Assembly (NCBI GenBank): GCA_036785375.1
Contig: JAWMAR010000710.1
Coordinates: 310,001-374,000 of the forward strand
Direction: 5' to 3'
Origin: Leucoraja ocellata
Taxonomy: Eukaryota
DNA: 64,000 bases
The position numbers and the translations under genes were made by a program. Positions 1 through 12,434 of this stretch are shown here, in pieces; within the stretch, counting starts at the first letter, position 1, and every line of letters begins with the position of its first letter. The notes beneath the pieces were generated by a model, which was given only the letters and a program-made list of their open reading frames with translations, was not told the DNA's origin and made no database searches.

Positions 1-305
1 ATGAATATTGATTTTTCTAACTTCAGGTAGCCCCGCATTCCCTCGCTCTCCATCCCTCCCCCACCCAAACCACATTGTCTTCTCATTTTCACCCTACAAA
101 CAGCTTACAATGGCCTGTTTCCTTTATCATCATCACTTTTTTGTATGTTTATAATTCATTGTTCTTTATCTCTCCACATCACTGTCTATATCTCTCATTT
201 CCCATATTCCTAACTAGTCTGAAGAAGGATGTCAACCCGAAACATCACCCATTCCTTTTCTCCAGAGATGCAGCCTGTCCCGTTGAGTTACTCCAGCTTT
301 TTGTG
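1..305 (+). mobile_element. Penelope-like retroelement 3' end with hammerhead-like core (~219-246)
   Basis: Starts with ...MNIDFSNF, resembling the C-terminus of PLE GIY-YIG ORFs, followed by CTGAAGA...GAAAC and the recurrent tgagttactccagc tail. Confidence 0.6.
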
Positions 306-802
306 TCAATTGCCAGTGCTGTGGCTTGTTGGTCACTGTTTAAATGAGGACATTTCTTTTTGCACCAAGGGAAGATTGTAATCTTAGTTGTATTGTATTG
401 CATTTATTTTTGAAATGTTTATTATATCAATGATAATATTATACAATATATTATTTCTATTGAAGTCATTATATGGCAACTAATGATATTATAATTATTT
501 CTATTGTTGTCTTTATAAGGCTACGAATCATATTATAATTATTGTATAAGATATTTCTGAGTTAGTCTTCTCCCATTGATTTTGGTTCCTACTGTTGTAT
601 TGGGGATTTATTATGTGGAACGTATAAAAGTCCCCTGGTGGACATGTTGAGTTACCTGCTACTGCGATTGTCTGTGACACTAACTGTAGCCCCATTATTA
701 CACATAGCCCTGAGTGACTGGAGTATTCACATCAACACACAGGTTTACATGTGACATTATTAACAGGGAAACTCATTATAGATCCATGTCTCACCCACTC
801 AC

Positions 803-1139
803 CTTTGATCCCAAATATTTGATATTGTTTCAGGATTTGCTTCCTCGGCTGTGTTTTAGTCAAAGTGAAGAATCCCGCCCATTTAAATGCTTGTTTTTTA
901 ATGTCAGTTTACAAGTACTAGCATCCACACCCACCTCCTGGTTCTTGTCTCTGTCTCTCCAGCCATCGCCCCACTGGATGGCCCAATGCTTGTCCGCTCT
1001 GCTGCCAGTTAACACTGTCTGGATTCCCTGCCCTGAGTGTGGTTCCCATTCCCAAACAATGACGTTGCTCCAGGATTTTCCGGTCCATTTAACTTAATGC
1101 TGCCTCCATTATCCACAAAATAAATCAGATTTCTCTTTT
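803..1139 (-). pseudogene. V-like first Ig domain exon (D1) of the - strand paralog, with two frameshifts and no canonical Cys pair
   Basis: Acceptor ctttccaacag, donor AAAG|GTGAGT, 337 nt (339 minus two 1-nt losses). Reconstructed: KKRNLIYFVDNGGSIKLNGPENPG/SNVIVWEWEPHSGQGIQTVLT...CKLTLKNK/FKWAGFFTLTKTQPRKQILKQYQIFGIK. Confidence 0.65.
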
Positions 1140-1706
1140 CTGTTGGAAAGAGGAGCAATGAAGGAATTTAGAACACATTTCCTCCACCCCATGTCAGCAA
1201 TTTAAGATTTTGAATTCCATTCATTTCCAGAAAGCTTTGACCTTCCTCTGAAAGACATAAAGTGCTGGAGTAATCAGCGGGTCAGGCAGCATCTCTGGGG
1301 AACATGGATAGGTTACAATTTGTGTCAGAACCCTTCATCAGACAACTGTGAATCCGAAGAAGGTTCCTTACCTGAAATGTCACTTATCCATATTCACCAG
1401 AGGTGCTGTCCGACCTGCTGAGTTACTACAGCACTTTGTTTTTTTTCATTCCCTGTGAATCATTGTCTGAGAAATAGATTGTCGGAAGTTGGATAAGGGA
1501 GTTCAGTATTACGCCTGCCCATGCCCAGGTCATAGGTCACTAGCTATAAAGTTTCGGCAACAGTGGTGCTGCATTGTGTGCAGACTTGTGTTTCGTCCGT
1601 GGTCGGGGTCGGAGTGCTCTTGTTGCTGCTGGGCCATCCCATCCACGGTGTCCCATCCGTGTCCGGAGATGTCCGGGGTGGCCTTGAGCTGGCGGTGCGG
1701 CCTTGG

Positions 1707-1892
1707 ACTTTCAGCCGTGTGGGTGGGGGGGGGGGAATCATGGACGGTCCAGTAGCGGTTCTGCAGCGCTTGCGGTTCGGCAGCGTTGGTGGTTGCGGGG
1801 GTACGGGTTCAATCCTGGCAGCAAACGAGACGGGGTTATCCAGATGAGAGCTGGTCCAGTCTTCTCCCCCCCCCCACCCACACGGCTGAAAG
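1707..1892. repeat. ~30-bp inverted repeat (ctttcagccgtgtgggtGn...Cnacccacacggctgaaag) in intron 1 of the - gene
   Basis: Arms at ~1707-1737 and ~1862-1892. Homology with the paralog intron stops at the right arm, consistent with an insertion. Confidence 0.6.
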
Positions 1893-1977
1893 CAAGATTG
1901 ACAAAAGGGTGCGGGTTTACATGGACAATATTAAATTAAAGCATGGTGATTGTGACCGGTAAAGAGAAAGCACTTAC

Positions 1978-2074
1978 TCTGAGTTGAAACGGGTCGAAGC
2001 AGGAAAACAAAGTAACCGAACATCAAACCAATTGGCAAACTTCTGCAGATGAACCTCGGCTTCATTTTGTGCAT
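1978..2074 (-). CDS. Leader exon of the paralogous Ig receptor gene: MHKMKPRFICRSLPIGLMFGYFVFLLRPVSTQ
   Basis: Open hydrophobic leader with phase-1 donor CAGA|GTAAGT. Homology to the + gene (31753-31990) extends through the 5' flank and the first ~85 nt of intron 1. Confidence 0.8.
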
Positions 2075-2954
2075 TCTCTGTTTGGAAATAATGTGCAGTT
2101 TTAGACTTTGATCAGTAAATTGATAGTTGCCAAATGTTTTATTGAGTATAGCCAATAAAACAGAAACTTCGGCCTCATTTTGTGGATTCCCTGTGAGAAA
2201 TAACTTGCAGTTTTAGACTGAGCCTATCTGAGACACATATCTTCAGCACATTTGGACTACAAGTTGATCGGACACTGAAGGTGGCAGCACAAGTAGATAG
2301 GGTAGAAAAGAATGTGTATGGTATGCTTGCCTTCAATGCTAAGGCCATTGAACATCAGAGTCAGGAGTTCATGATGCTACTCCAGAGGACTGGTAAAGAA
2401 AAGAAGTTGAACATTTCTCATTTTTAATGTTTCCATTAAATGTGGACATTTTCATGCCATCCTGAATTATCCTTCAACTGACCCAATTGTGAGCCACTCC
2501 AGAGTCACCCACATTATTGTGCCCCATGGTCATGTACAGAACACACTGTATAAGGATCGCAGGTTGTCTCTGCTTGAGGAGGCTGGTGATACGGAGACAG
2601 CATTCTGTTTACTTGTTTCTAAAGACAAATCTTCAAATGCATTATTTTTGTTCTGGTGCTGCACACTGTGGGTCAAAGGCTGGACAATGTGGACAGGAAA
2701 ATTGCCCCATGTCCCGCACACTGTTACTGTGCTGAGGAATAAAACAACTATGTGACAAAGAGAGGTCCATCTAGGAATGAGGCTGATTGACCCACTGCAG
2801 ACATTGAGGACTGAGTCTGGTGGGTCACCCCTCATACAATGGAAGAGATATCACCCCGGGGGGGGGGGGGGGGGGGGGTGCAAATGACAGTCATGGGTGT
2901 ATTGTGTAAAGATGGGTGGAAAGACTACTGAGTGTGACACTATTGAATGTATAG

Positions 2955-5900
2955 CAGGCAGGAATGTATTCTGGCAGGCAGGTTTGTCACTGCTACACGG
3001 GTGGCTTTAAACTGAATAAGGGGGGTGGGGTGTTGAATGGGACAGTGGAGGATGGAGTTAAAGGGAAAGGGTTTCTTAAATGTGTGAGCGTAGAGACCGA
3101 AGGGTGTAAAATGAGGGTAGAAGAAATAGGTAGCAAGGTGAAAAGTAAAAGTGGCAGGCAGACAAAACCAGGGCAAAAATCAAAAAGGGCCACTTTTCAA
3201 CATAATTGTGTAAGGAGTAAGAGTGTTGTAAAAACAAGCCTGAAGGCTTTGTGTCTCAATGCAAGGAGCATTCGTAATAAGGTGGATGAGTTGAATGTGC
3301 AGATAGCTATTAATGACTATGATATAGTTGGGATCATGGAGACATGGCTCCAGGGTGACCAAGGCTGGGAGCTGAACATCCAGGGATATTCAATATTCAG
3401 GAGGGATAGACAGAAAGGAAAAGGAGGTGGGGTAGCGTTACTGATTAGAGAGGGGATTAATGCAATGGAAAGGAAGGACATTAGTTTGGAGGATGTGGAA
3501 TCGGTATGGGTAGAGGTGCAAAACACTAAGGGGCAGAAAACGCTGGTGGGTGTTGTGTACAGGCCACCTAACAGTAGTAGTGAAGTTGGAGATGGTATCA
3601 AACAGGAAATTAGAAATGCGTGCGACAAAGGCAAAACGGTTATAATGGGTGACTTCAATCTACATATAGATTGGGTGAATCAAATTGGCAGGGGTGCTGA
3701 GGAAGAGGATTTCTTGGAATGTATGCGGGATAGTTATCTAAATCAACATGTAGAGGAACCAACGAGAGAGCAGGCTATTTTAGACTGGGTATTGAGTAAT
3801 GAGGAAGGGTTAGTTAGCAATCTTGTTGTACGTGTCCCCTTGGGCAAGAGTGACCATAATATGGTTGAGTTCTTCATTAGGATGGAGAGTGACATTGTTA
3901 ATTCAGAAACAATGGTTCTGAACTTAAAGAAAGGTAACTTTGAGGGTATGAGACGTGAATTGGCCAAGATTGACTGGCAATTAATTCTAAAAGGGTTGAC
4001 GGTGGATATGCAATGGAAGACATTTAAAGACTGCATGGATGAACTACAAAAATTGTTCATCCCAGTTTGGCAAAAGAATAAATCAGGGAAGGTAGTACAT
4101 ACATGGATAACAAGGGAAATCAGGGATAGTATCAAAGCGAAGGATGATGCGTACAAATTAGCCAGAAAAAGCAGTATACCGGAGGACTGGGAGAAATTCA
4201 AAGACCAGCAGAGGAGGACAAAGGGCTTAATTAGGAAAGGAAAAATAGATTATGAAAGAAAACTGGCAGGGAACATAAAAACTGACTGCAAAAGTTTTTA
4301 TAGATATGTGAAAAGAAAGAGATTAGTTAAAACAAATGTAGGTCCCTTGCAGTCAGAAACAGGGGAGTTGATCATGGGGAACAAGGATATGGCGGACCAA
4401 TTGAATAACTACTTTGGTTCCGTCTTCACTAAGGAAGACATAAATAATTTGCCGGAAATAGCAGGGGACCGCGGGTCAAAGGAGTTGGAGGAATTGAGTG
4501 AAATCCAGGTTAGCCGGGAAGTGGTGTTGGGTAAATTGAATGGATTAAAGGCCGATAAATCCCCAGGGCCAGATAGGCTGCATCCCAGAGTACTTAAGGA
4601 AGTAGCTCCAGAAATAGTGGATGCATTAGTAATAATCTTTCAAAACTCTTTAGATTCTGGAGTAGTTCCTGAAGATTGGCGGGTAGCAAACGTAACCCCA
4701 CTTTTTAAGAAGGGAGGGAGAGAGAAAATGGGGAATTACAGACCAGTTAGTCTAACATCGGTAGTGGGGAAACTGCTAGAGTCAGTTATTAAAGATGGGA
4801 TAGCAGCACATTTGGAAAGTGGTGAAATCATTGGACAAAGTCAGCATGGATTTATGAAAGGTAAATCATGTCTGACGAATCTTATAGAATTTTTCGAGGA
4901 TGTAACTAGTAGCGTGGATAGGGGAGAACCAGTGGATGTGGTGTATCTGGACTTCCAGAAGGCTTTCGACAAGGTCCCACATAAGAAATTAGTATACAAA
5001 CTTAAAGCACAAGGCATTGGGGGTTCAGTATTGATGTGGATAGAGAACTGGCTGGCAAAGAGGAAGCAAAGAGTAGGAGTAAACGGGTCCTTTTCACAAT
5101 GGCAGGCAGTGACTAGTGGGGTACCCCAAGGCTCAGTACTGGGACCCCAGCTATTTACAATATATATTAATGATCTGGATGAGGGAATTGAAGGCAATAT
5201 CTCCAAGTTTGCGGATGACACTAAGCTGGGGGGCAGTGTTAGCTGTGAGGAGGATGCTAGGAGACTGCAGGGTGACTTGGATAGGCTGGGTGAGTGGGCA
5301 AATGTTTGGCAGATGCAGTATAATGTGGATACATGTGAGGTTATCCATTTTGGTGGCAAAAACAGGAAAGCAGACTATTATCTAAATGGTGGCCGATTGG
5401 GAAAGAGGGAGATGCAGCGAGACCTGGGTGTCATGGTACACCAGTCATTGAAGGTAGGCATGCAGGTGCAGCAGGCAGTAAAGAAAGCGAATGGTATGTT
5501 AGCTTTCATTGCAAAAGGATTTGAGTATAGGAGCAGAGAGGTTCTACTGCAGTTGTACAGGGTCTTGGTGAGACCACACCTGGAGTATTGCGTACAGTTT
5601 TGGTCTCCAAATCTGAGGAAGGACATTATTGCCATAGAGGGAGTGCAGAGACGGTTCACCAGACTGATTCCTGGGATGTCAGGACTGTCTTATGAAGAAA
5701 GACTGGATAGACTTGGTTTATACTCTCTAGAATTTAGAAGATTGAGAGGGGATCTTATAGAAACTTACAAAATTCTTAAGGGGTTGGACAGGCTAGATGC
5801 AGGAAGATTGTTCCCGATGTTAGGGAAGTCCAGGACAAGGGGTCACAGCTTAAGGATAAAGGGGAAATCCTTTAAAACCGAGATGAGAAGAACTTTTTTC

Positions 5901-6144
5901 ACGCAGAGAGTGGTGAATCTCTGGAACTCTCTGCCACAGAGGGTAGTTGAGGCCAGTTCATTGGCTATATTTAAGAGGGAGTTAGATGTGGCCCTTGTGG
6001 CTAAGGGGATCAGGGGGTATGGAGAGAAGGCAGGTACGGGATACTGAGTTGGATGATCAGCCATGATCATATTGAATGGCGGTGCAGGCTCGAAGGGCCG
6101 AATGGCCTACTCCTGCACCTAATTTCTATGTTTCTATGTTTTTT
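2955..6144 (+). mobile_element. CR1 LINE, 5'-truncated in ORF1, intact ORF2, (TTTCTATG)n tail
   Basis: APE and RT ORF plus 3' microsatellite tail. The empty site is visible in the duplicated copy at ~21130 (gaatgtatgg|acacaaagag); possible TSD tatag at 2950-2954 and 6145-6149. Confidence 0.95.
2964..6047 (+). CDS. CR1 ORF2: apurinic-like endonuclease plus reverse transcriptase
   Basis: Uninterrupted 1027-codon frame with CLNARS, ETW, GDFN, SDH (APE) and PGPD, NYRPVSL, DFQKAFD, GVPQGSVLGP, FADD (RT). The true start may be slightly downstream. Confidence 0.93.
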   Translation: MYSGRQVCHCYTGGFKLNKGGGVLNGTVEDGVKGKGFLKCVSVETEGCKMRVEEIGSKVKSKSGRQTKPGQKSKRATFQHNCVRSKSVVKTSLKALCLNARSIRNKVDELNVQIAINDYDIVGIMETWLQGDQGWELNIQGYSIFRRDRQKGKGGGVALLIREGINAMERKDISLEDVESVWVEVQNTKGQKTLVGVVYRPPNSSSEVGDGIKQEIRNACDKGKTVIMGDFNLHIDWVNQIGRGAEEEDFLECMRDSYLNQHVEEPTREQAILDWVLSNEEGLVSNLVVRVPLGKSDHNMVEFFIRMESDIVNSETMVLNLKKGNFEGMRRELAKIDWQLILKGLTVDMQWKTFKDCMDELQKLFIPVWQKNKSGKVVHTWITREIRDSIKAKDDAYKLARKSSIPEDWEKFKDQQRRTKGLIRKGKIDYERKLAGNIKTDCKSFYRYVKRKRLVKTNVGPLQSETGELIMGNKDMADQLNNYFGSVFTKEDINNLPEIAGDRGSKELEELSEIQVSREVVLGKLNGLKADKSPGPDRLHPRVLKEVAPEIVDALVIIFQNSLDSGVVPEDWRVANVTPLFKKGGREKMGNYRPVSLTSVVGKLLESVIKDGIAAHLESGEIIGQSQHGFMKGKSCLTNLIEFFEDVTSSVDRGEPVDVVYLDFQKAFDKVPHKKLVYKLKAQGIGGSVLMWIENWLAKRKQRVGVNGSFSQWQAVTSGVPQGSVLGPQLFTIYINDLDEGIEGNISKFADDTKLGGSVSCEEDARRLQGDLDRLGEWANVWQMQYNVDTCEVIHFGGKNRKADYYLNGGRLGKREMQRDLGVMVHQSLKVGMQVQQAVKKANGMLAFIAKGFEYRSREVLLQLYRVLVRPHLEYCVQFWSPNLRKDIIAIEGVQRRFTRLIPGMSGLSYEERLDRLGLYSLEFRRLRGDLIETYKILKGLDRLDAGRLFPMLGKSRTRGHSLRIKGKSFKTEMRRTFFTQRVVNLWNSLPQRVVEASSLAIFKRELDVALVAKGIRGYGEKAGTGY

Positions 6145-9100
6145 TATAGACACAAAGAGCGTTTGTGTTAGTTTTGTGTAGAAATATGGAACTGCAGATG
6201 CTATTTTACCAAGGAAAGACATAAAATACTGGAGTAACTCAGTGTGTCAGGCAGCACTCCTGGAGAACAAGGAGAGTTTCGAGTTGGGACCCTTCAGACT
6301 AGTTTCGTATATATGTTTTATTCTGAAATAAAGTTTATTTTTGAATATTAAAAATGTGAGGCTTGAAATTCAGAGAAATGTTCAAAGCTGCATGAAGAGC
6401 GGTCTTGCAATTTAACCACAATGATTTGTCTATTCTGAGCTCTGTGCTGTTTCACTTCCTGTTGTTTATCTCAACTAAATTTCACAATGTGTAAATAAAC
6501 TTCAGAAGTGTGAAGAACAAAGAAAACATCAAACCATCCCCAAACCTATTGAAACAAGCAAAAGAGAATTGGGGGAGCATTATTTGTCACTTTGAGCCTG
6601 TTCCATCATTCAAAACAATCTCATATTCCAATTCTCTCCCGTTAAATCTTGATGCATTTTATGTCAAATAAATCTATCCCCTAGAGTCAGTGACCTGCCA
6701 TCCAACAATTCTGGGTATGGATTGTGCTTGAATATTGTGGATATATTTTCTAGCACCGATGCAGTCATCAATGTAATGGGGATAGAGTTTGGGGATAGGA
6801 CCAGTGTACGCCTGGAACACAATGTATCTCTCATGTCTTTATCTCCAGGCTGTGAAGATCTTGGTGCAACTCTGTGACGTTAGGCTTGGAGAACACCAAA
6901 TGACATAGGGAAAAACTTATAATTGTGAAAATGTTTGCTGAAGGTTCTACCTTGAGTGAAATTGAGAACTCAGGAGAAGATTGCTCTTAATATTGGACAT
7001 CCTTTGTAAAATTTTAATAGCTTGATTATCATATGCAGCTCATTTGTGACCTCCTCAGTCCAACCTCCACCATGATCTGATGCAATTGAATATAGGTTTG
7101 AACTATCGGACCAGCTACAGCACGAACAGGCAAGAATAATGATCGTTCCCTTTATTACAAAACAAGCGATTCTGTTTGTGCCATTATCATAGACATTTCA
7201 AACATCACGCAGTCATTTGCTTGAACATGTGTTACAAGAAACAATTCTAAGTTCAGTTTTGAATAGCATTAATGATACTTGCCTTTGCCCAGGCTGGTTA
7301 GCACTCAGCAAACGCTTTTCTCTTTACCCCAGAAACTTGACACTGAACTAAACTGAGTTGAACATGAAGGGACAAAATATAGGGTTCAATCCTGACCTCG
7401 GGTGCTCTCTGGGTGGAGATAGCACGCTCCCTGTGGCCACGTGGATTTCCTTCAGGTGCTCTGGTTTCCTACCACATCCCACGAATGAGCGGGGTTGCAG
7501 GTTACTTGACCTCCATAATTTGTCTGGAGTGTGTAGGGAGTGGACGGGAAAGTGAGATAACAGAACTAGCGTGAACGGGTGATCAGTGGTCGGCGTGAAC
7601 GGAGGGTTGAAGGGCCTGTTTCCATGCTGTATCTCAAAACCAAACTAAATCAGATCACTACGGATGCAAGAAGATTGACATACAATCATCATTACAAACC
7701 AATAGATTCTCTCATTTCCCATTGCTGTTGACATTTTTTATCCTCCAAAAAACTTTTTTTTCCTCATTTCACATTTAAATCTTTTTATTTGAATTTCACA
7801 GCAATTTGCATACATACAATGATAACAGACAGTGACAGTCGGCATAATCGTGCAACAGTATGTAAGCGACCCTCAACGCCCTTACCCTTACCCACCTTCA
7901 ACCCACCTGAATCAGGTCGGAACCAAACGGGGACAAACAACACTCACATACATACACAACCACACAAATATGGTAAGATAAACGAAACAAAAAGTACTAA
8001 ATAAAAAAAAAAAAAAAAGGGTCACTAATAAGTAAATAAGTAGGCAATTAAATAATTCAGTGTGGGGGGGGGGGGGGGGGTTAAGGGGAGAGCAGCTGCA
8101 GTAGAGCAGAACAATGGTGGAAAGCGTTCAGTCCTCTTCCGAGTCCGGGGACAAGTTGAGAGAGTTAACAAGTTCAAAGAAAGGGTTCCATGTATCTAGG
8201 AATGTCTTGGTAGAGCCTTTGTGAGAGAACCTAAGTTTTTCAAGCTTTAAATTGTAAAGCACCTCCTTAATCCAGCGGGCGTGTGTCGGGGGACAGGGGA
8301 GCCTCCAGTTAAGCAAAATCAGTCTCCGGGCAAACAAGGTTGTAAAAGCTAGGACCCGTTTCACCGCAACAGAGAGGTTGGTGTTGGGAGGGGTACCAAA
8401 AATGGCTGACAGTGGGTTTGGAGGAATAGTCTGGCCGTAGGCTCTGCTTATCAAGTCGAAAGCACTCCTCCAAAAGGCTGCTAGCTTAGGGCAAGACCAA
8501 AACATATGGCTATGGTTGGCAGGGGATTGATTACATCTGTTGTAGGTGTCCCTAACAGCGGGGTAAATTCTAGATAATCTTGCATTTGTGTAGTGGACTT
8601 TGTGAAGGACTTTGCATTGGATTAGGCCATGATGGGCACATATGGATGAAGAATGGATCAAATCCAAGGCAGAGTCCCATTGCTGGTCTGTTAGTTTCGT
8701 ATTCAGCTCACCCTCCCACGCAGCTTTTAATGAGGTATGAGGCTTCAATATAACCGACCCTAACGAGCTATACAAAACAGAGATGCATTTCTTCCGGTTG
8801 GGATCTAGAGCTAAGATGGTATCGGTCAGGGTTTCAGGGGGGCGATTTGGGAAATGGGGGAATGTCTTCTTCACAAAATCCCTAATCTGGAAAAAACGAA
8901 AAAGGTGGGAGTTTGGGAGGCTGTAGTTGGACGAGAGCTCCGCAAAGGACGAAAAGATGCCATCCTTGTATAGGTTTTTGATACTACTGATACCGTTGCT
9001 ATGCCAGGTTTTGAATGCGGGGTATGTACTTGAAGATTTAAAGATGTGGTTTTTAAGCACTGTGGTCAAGATGGAAGGGCCTTGTAAACCAAAGTTTTTC

Positions 9101-11117
9101 CTGAGTTGACTCCATATCTTGAGCGAGAGGGACGCAATTGGGCCTGCACCCACAGATGTTATAGGAAGGGGGAGTTGGGAGCATAGGACAGACTGCAACG
9201 GGAGATGTGAACTCGCCTTTCCCATGTGTACCCAGGTCGGTAGGTGGTCGCAATCATCATTCATCCAATACAGGAGTTTTTGCAAGTTAGCTGCCCAGTA
9301 GTATCGCCTAAAATCAGGAAGTGCCAATCCACCGTCACTCTTAGGAGGCTGCAGTATCGCCTTTCGAATTTTAGCCGGTTTGCTACCCCATAAAAATTTA
9401 GATATTGTCCTTTCTAATTTATCAAAAAAAGATTTAGTGATAAGTATAGGGACGTGCTGGAAAAGATACAGGAATTTGGGTAAGACGACCATCTTGACCA
9501 GATTTATCCGGCCCATGAGGGATAGCGGTAAAACTGACCAGTGGTCAAAACCTCTTTCAGCTTTCTCAACCAGAGGCAGAAAGATTGTGCGGAACATATC
9601 AGATAAGGGTGTTGTGATAAAGACGCAAAGGTTGCGAAACCCGTCCTCTGCCCATTTGAATGAGGTTAAAGAGCGATGGAGCTGCTTAGCCAATGAGTTA
9701 ATCAGTAATAGCTCACTCTTTTGGTAGTTAAGTTTATTACCAGAATACGCACCAAACCATTCTAAAATATTCGTAATCACAGGGAGAGAGCTGACTGGGT
9801 TTGAGATGTACAGGAGCAGGTCATCCGCATACAATGAGACTTTATGAGTTGTGTCGAACCATGTAATACCTTTAAAGCCCTTCTCTGAGCGTAACCAGAC
9901 CGCCAAGGGTTCTATCGTGACAGCAAACAGGAGTGGTGATAACGGGCAACCCTGTCTGGTACCTCTTTGAAGGGGGAAGTGGGGCGACAGTGTGTCGTTT
10001 GTTTGTACTGAGGCAACCGGGGACGAGTATAATAGACTGACCCAAAGAATAAAACTGTTACCGAGGCCAAACCTGTCCTTCGATGTCGAGGGAGACCACT
10101 ATCTCCGGGGTCTCACTACTCGGTGAATGGATGATGTTAAGGAGACGCCTAGTATTGTGGGAAGACTATCGGCCTGGTATGAACCCTGTTTGCTCTAACG
10201 AGATAATAGAGGGCATCACTTGTTGAAGACAGAGCGCAAGGGCTTTAGAGAGGATTTTGAGGTCCACATTCAGGAGTGAAATTGGTCTATAGCTACTACA
10301 AAGCAGGGGATCTTTCTCCTTTTTAAGAATTAGGGAGATAGTAGCCCACGACAAGGTGGGCGGTAAGCGACGATGCAAAAACGCCTCATTGTACATATCT
10401 CTCAGGACTGGTGCGAGGAGAGCAGAGAAAGCTTTGTAATATTCTGCAGTGAAGCCGTCAGGGCCGGGTGACTTTCCGCTTTTCAGCGATGTGATGGCTG
10501 CTTGGATCTCAGCAAGAGTTATGGGACCACCCAAGTCTCTCGTGGCTTCATCGTCAATTCGTGGAAATGTCATACTACTGAGCATGTCACCTGCAGTGGG
10601 AGGACAATCGGAAGCGTATAGTTCAGCGTAGAATTTAGCAAATTTAGCCCACCCACGACAGATCATAGTCAAACTTCGGGACATTTCAGCACTTGAAGAG
10701 CTGATGAAAAAAATCAAATAAGGAGTGAAGATGACATTTGGAAACGACTTTATCAAACTCCTCCAGGGTTATCCCTATGAGATCGTGGAAAAGAGAAGAA
10801 AGCTCTCACAGACAAGACAGATTCTCCATGGAGTTAAAGATATCAGATGTGACGTTTTTTATCCAGCCAGGATGCGCATTACTTTCAAGGGAAAAGAGAA
10901 AACTTTCACTAATTCGGACGCATCTTATAAATATGCCCAAGAGATTGTGGCAGAAACAGAAGATTAATCAAGGCAGCGGGACGACATGGACAAATTCTTT
11001 CCTTTTATTACTTCACAGAGAACACCTGAAGATAAGGGAAGAAACACCATTCTCTAAAAGTTTAAAATGGAAGAGCATTTTCACGTGCACTGGTCTAGAC
11101 ACCTTATCTCCTTTGGA

Positions 11118-11917
11118 GGACAAAACACCAAACTGAAAGTTAACTCCCAAAATAACATCCTCCGGAAGCTGACCAACTCCAAATGGGGAGCCACAGCACA
11201 CACATTAAGATCTACTGCTCTGGCCCTGTGCTACTCCTCTACGGAGTATGCGTATCCTGTTTGGGAGAGATCATCCCATGCCAAGAAACTAGACCCAGCA
11301 TTGAATAACACCTGCCGCTCAATCACTGGCTGCTTGAAGCCCACCAACATAAACAACCTGCACCTCCTCGCTGGCGTTGCCCCTGCCGATGTGAGACGGG
11401 AAGTCGCCAGCCGAGTAGAGATGACCAAGGCCACCAGTGATGAACGCCACCTCCTCTACGGACGTGTACCCCCAGCCCAACGGCTGAAGTCCAGGAGAAG
11501 CTTTCTCAGCCATGTCCAGCCTCTAATAGCATCACGGGAAGAAACCAGACTCCAACTATGGACAAAAAGGCTTGAGGACGACCCCCCTCCTACTGACATG
11601 AGTATCCCTCCTTCTGAAGCCCTCCCTCTGGGCTCAGAAGCACCATGGGTCCAGTGGAAGATGCTCAACCACCTGAGAACAGGAACAGGGTGATCAAAAG
11701 CTGCCATGGCCAGATGGGGCTATGAAACTGGCCAAATCACCTCTGAATGTGGAGAAGAGGACCATACAATGCAGCACTGCCTTGTCTGCCCCCTACTACC
11801 CAACCAGTGCAGCCCAAAGGATCTTGCAGTGTTCAATAAAAACGCAAAGGACTGTCTAAAGGAATGGGAAACTGTCATATAACCAACCAGCTTCAAAGAC
11901 ACGGAAAGAAGAAGAAG
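11118..11917 (+). mobile_element. 5'-truncated Vingi/Ingi-like non-LTR retrotransposon
   Basis: WGATAHTLRSTALALCYS...PVW motif, C-terminal CCHC-like segment, (GAA)n tail, and 12-bp TSD atctcctttgga (11106-11117 / 11918-11929). Confidence 0.8.
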
Positions 11918-12434
11918 ATCTCCTTTGGATGCTTTGGATTTCAACTCAAGGACATTCTTTGTTCAAAATGAAAGAAAGACTGATAAGCAACGCAGAGACG
12001 AACAGCAGAGCCGAATGTGAAAAATATCACAAGGACAAATGGCGGTTAAAATGGCTATCTTAAAATAGCTTTACAAAATATAGAGAATTAACAATACTAA
12101 TATAGAAATATAAGTGGAAACGTAAATGTAATAATGTGTTAAAAAGACTGACTAGCTCGTATATAGAGCGAGACAATTAAGCAGGGATAAAGAAATAATA
12201 AATAACAAATTTTAGAATCAACGTAGATAATACTGAAAGTTTAAGTGCTATGTAGTTTGTGTGGGGAAGGGAGGAGACTCAGGCACCTGGCATAATTCCA
12301 GGAGCCTGATTCTGGTTAACCCTTTCAGCTAACAGCTTACTATTATCAAAGGTATAACGGTAGATGAAAGTGTTAGATATATAAATTTCACAGTAGCTGA
12401 ACACAAGATCTGATAAGTCTGAATGAAATATATA

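Noticed and set aside
3317-6070. Antisense ORFs within CR1, L1, Rex and DIRS elements
   Set aside because: Shadow frames of transposon coding sequence with no independent motifs.
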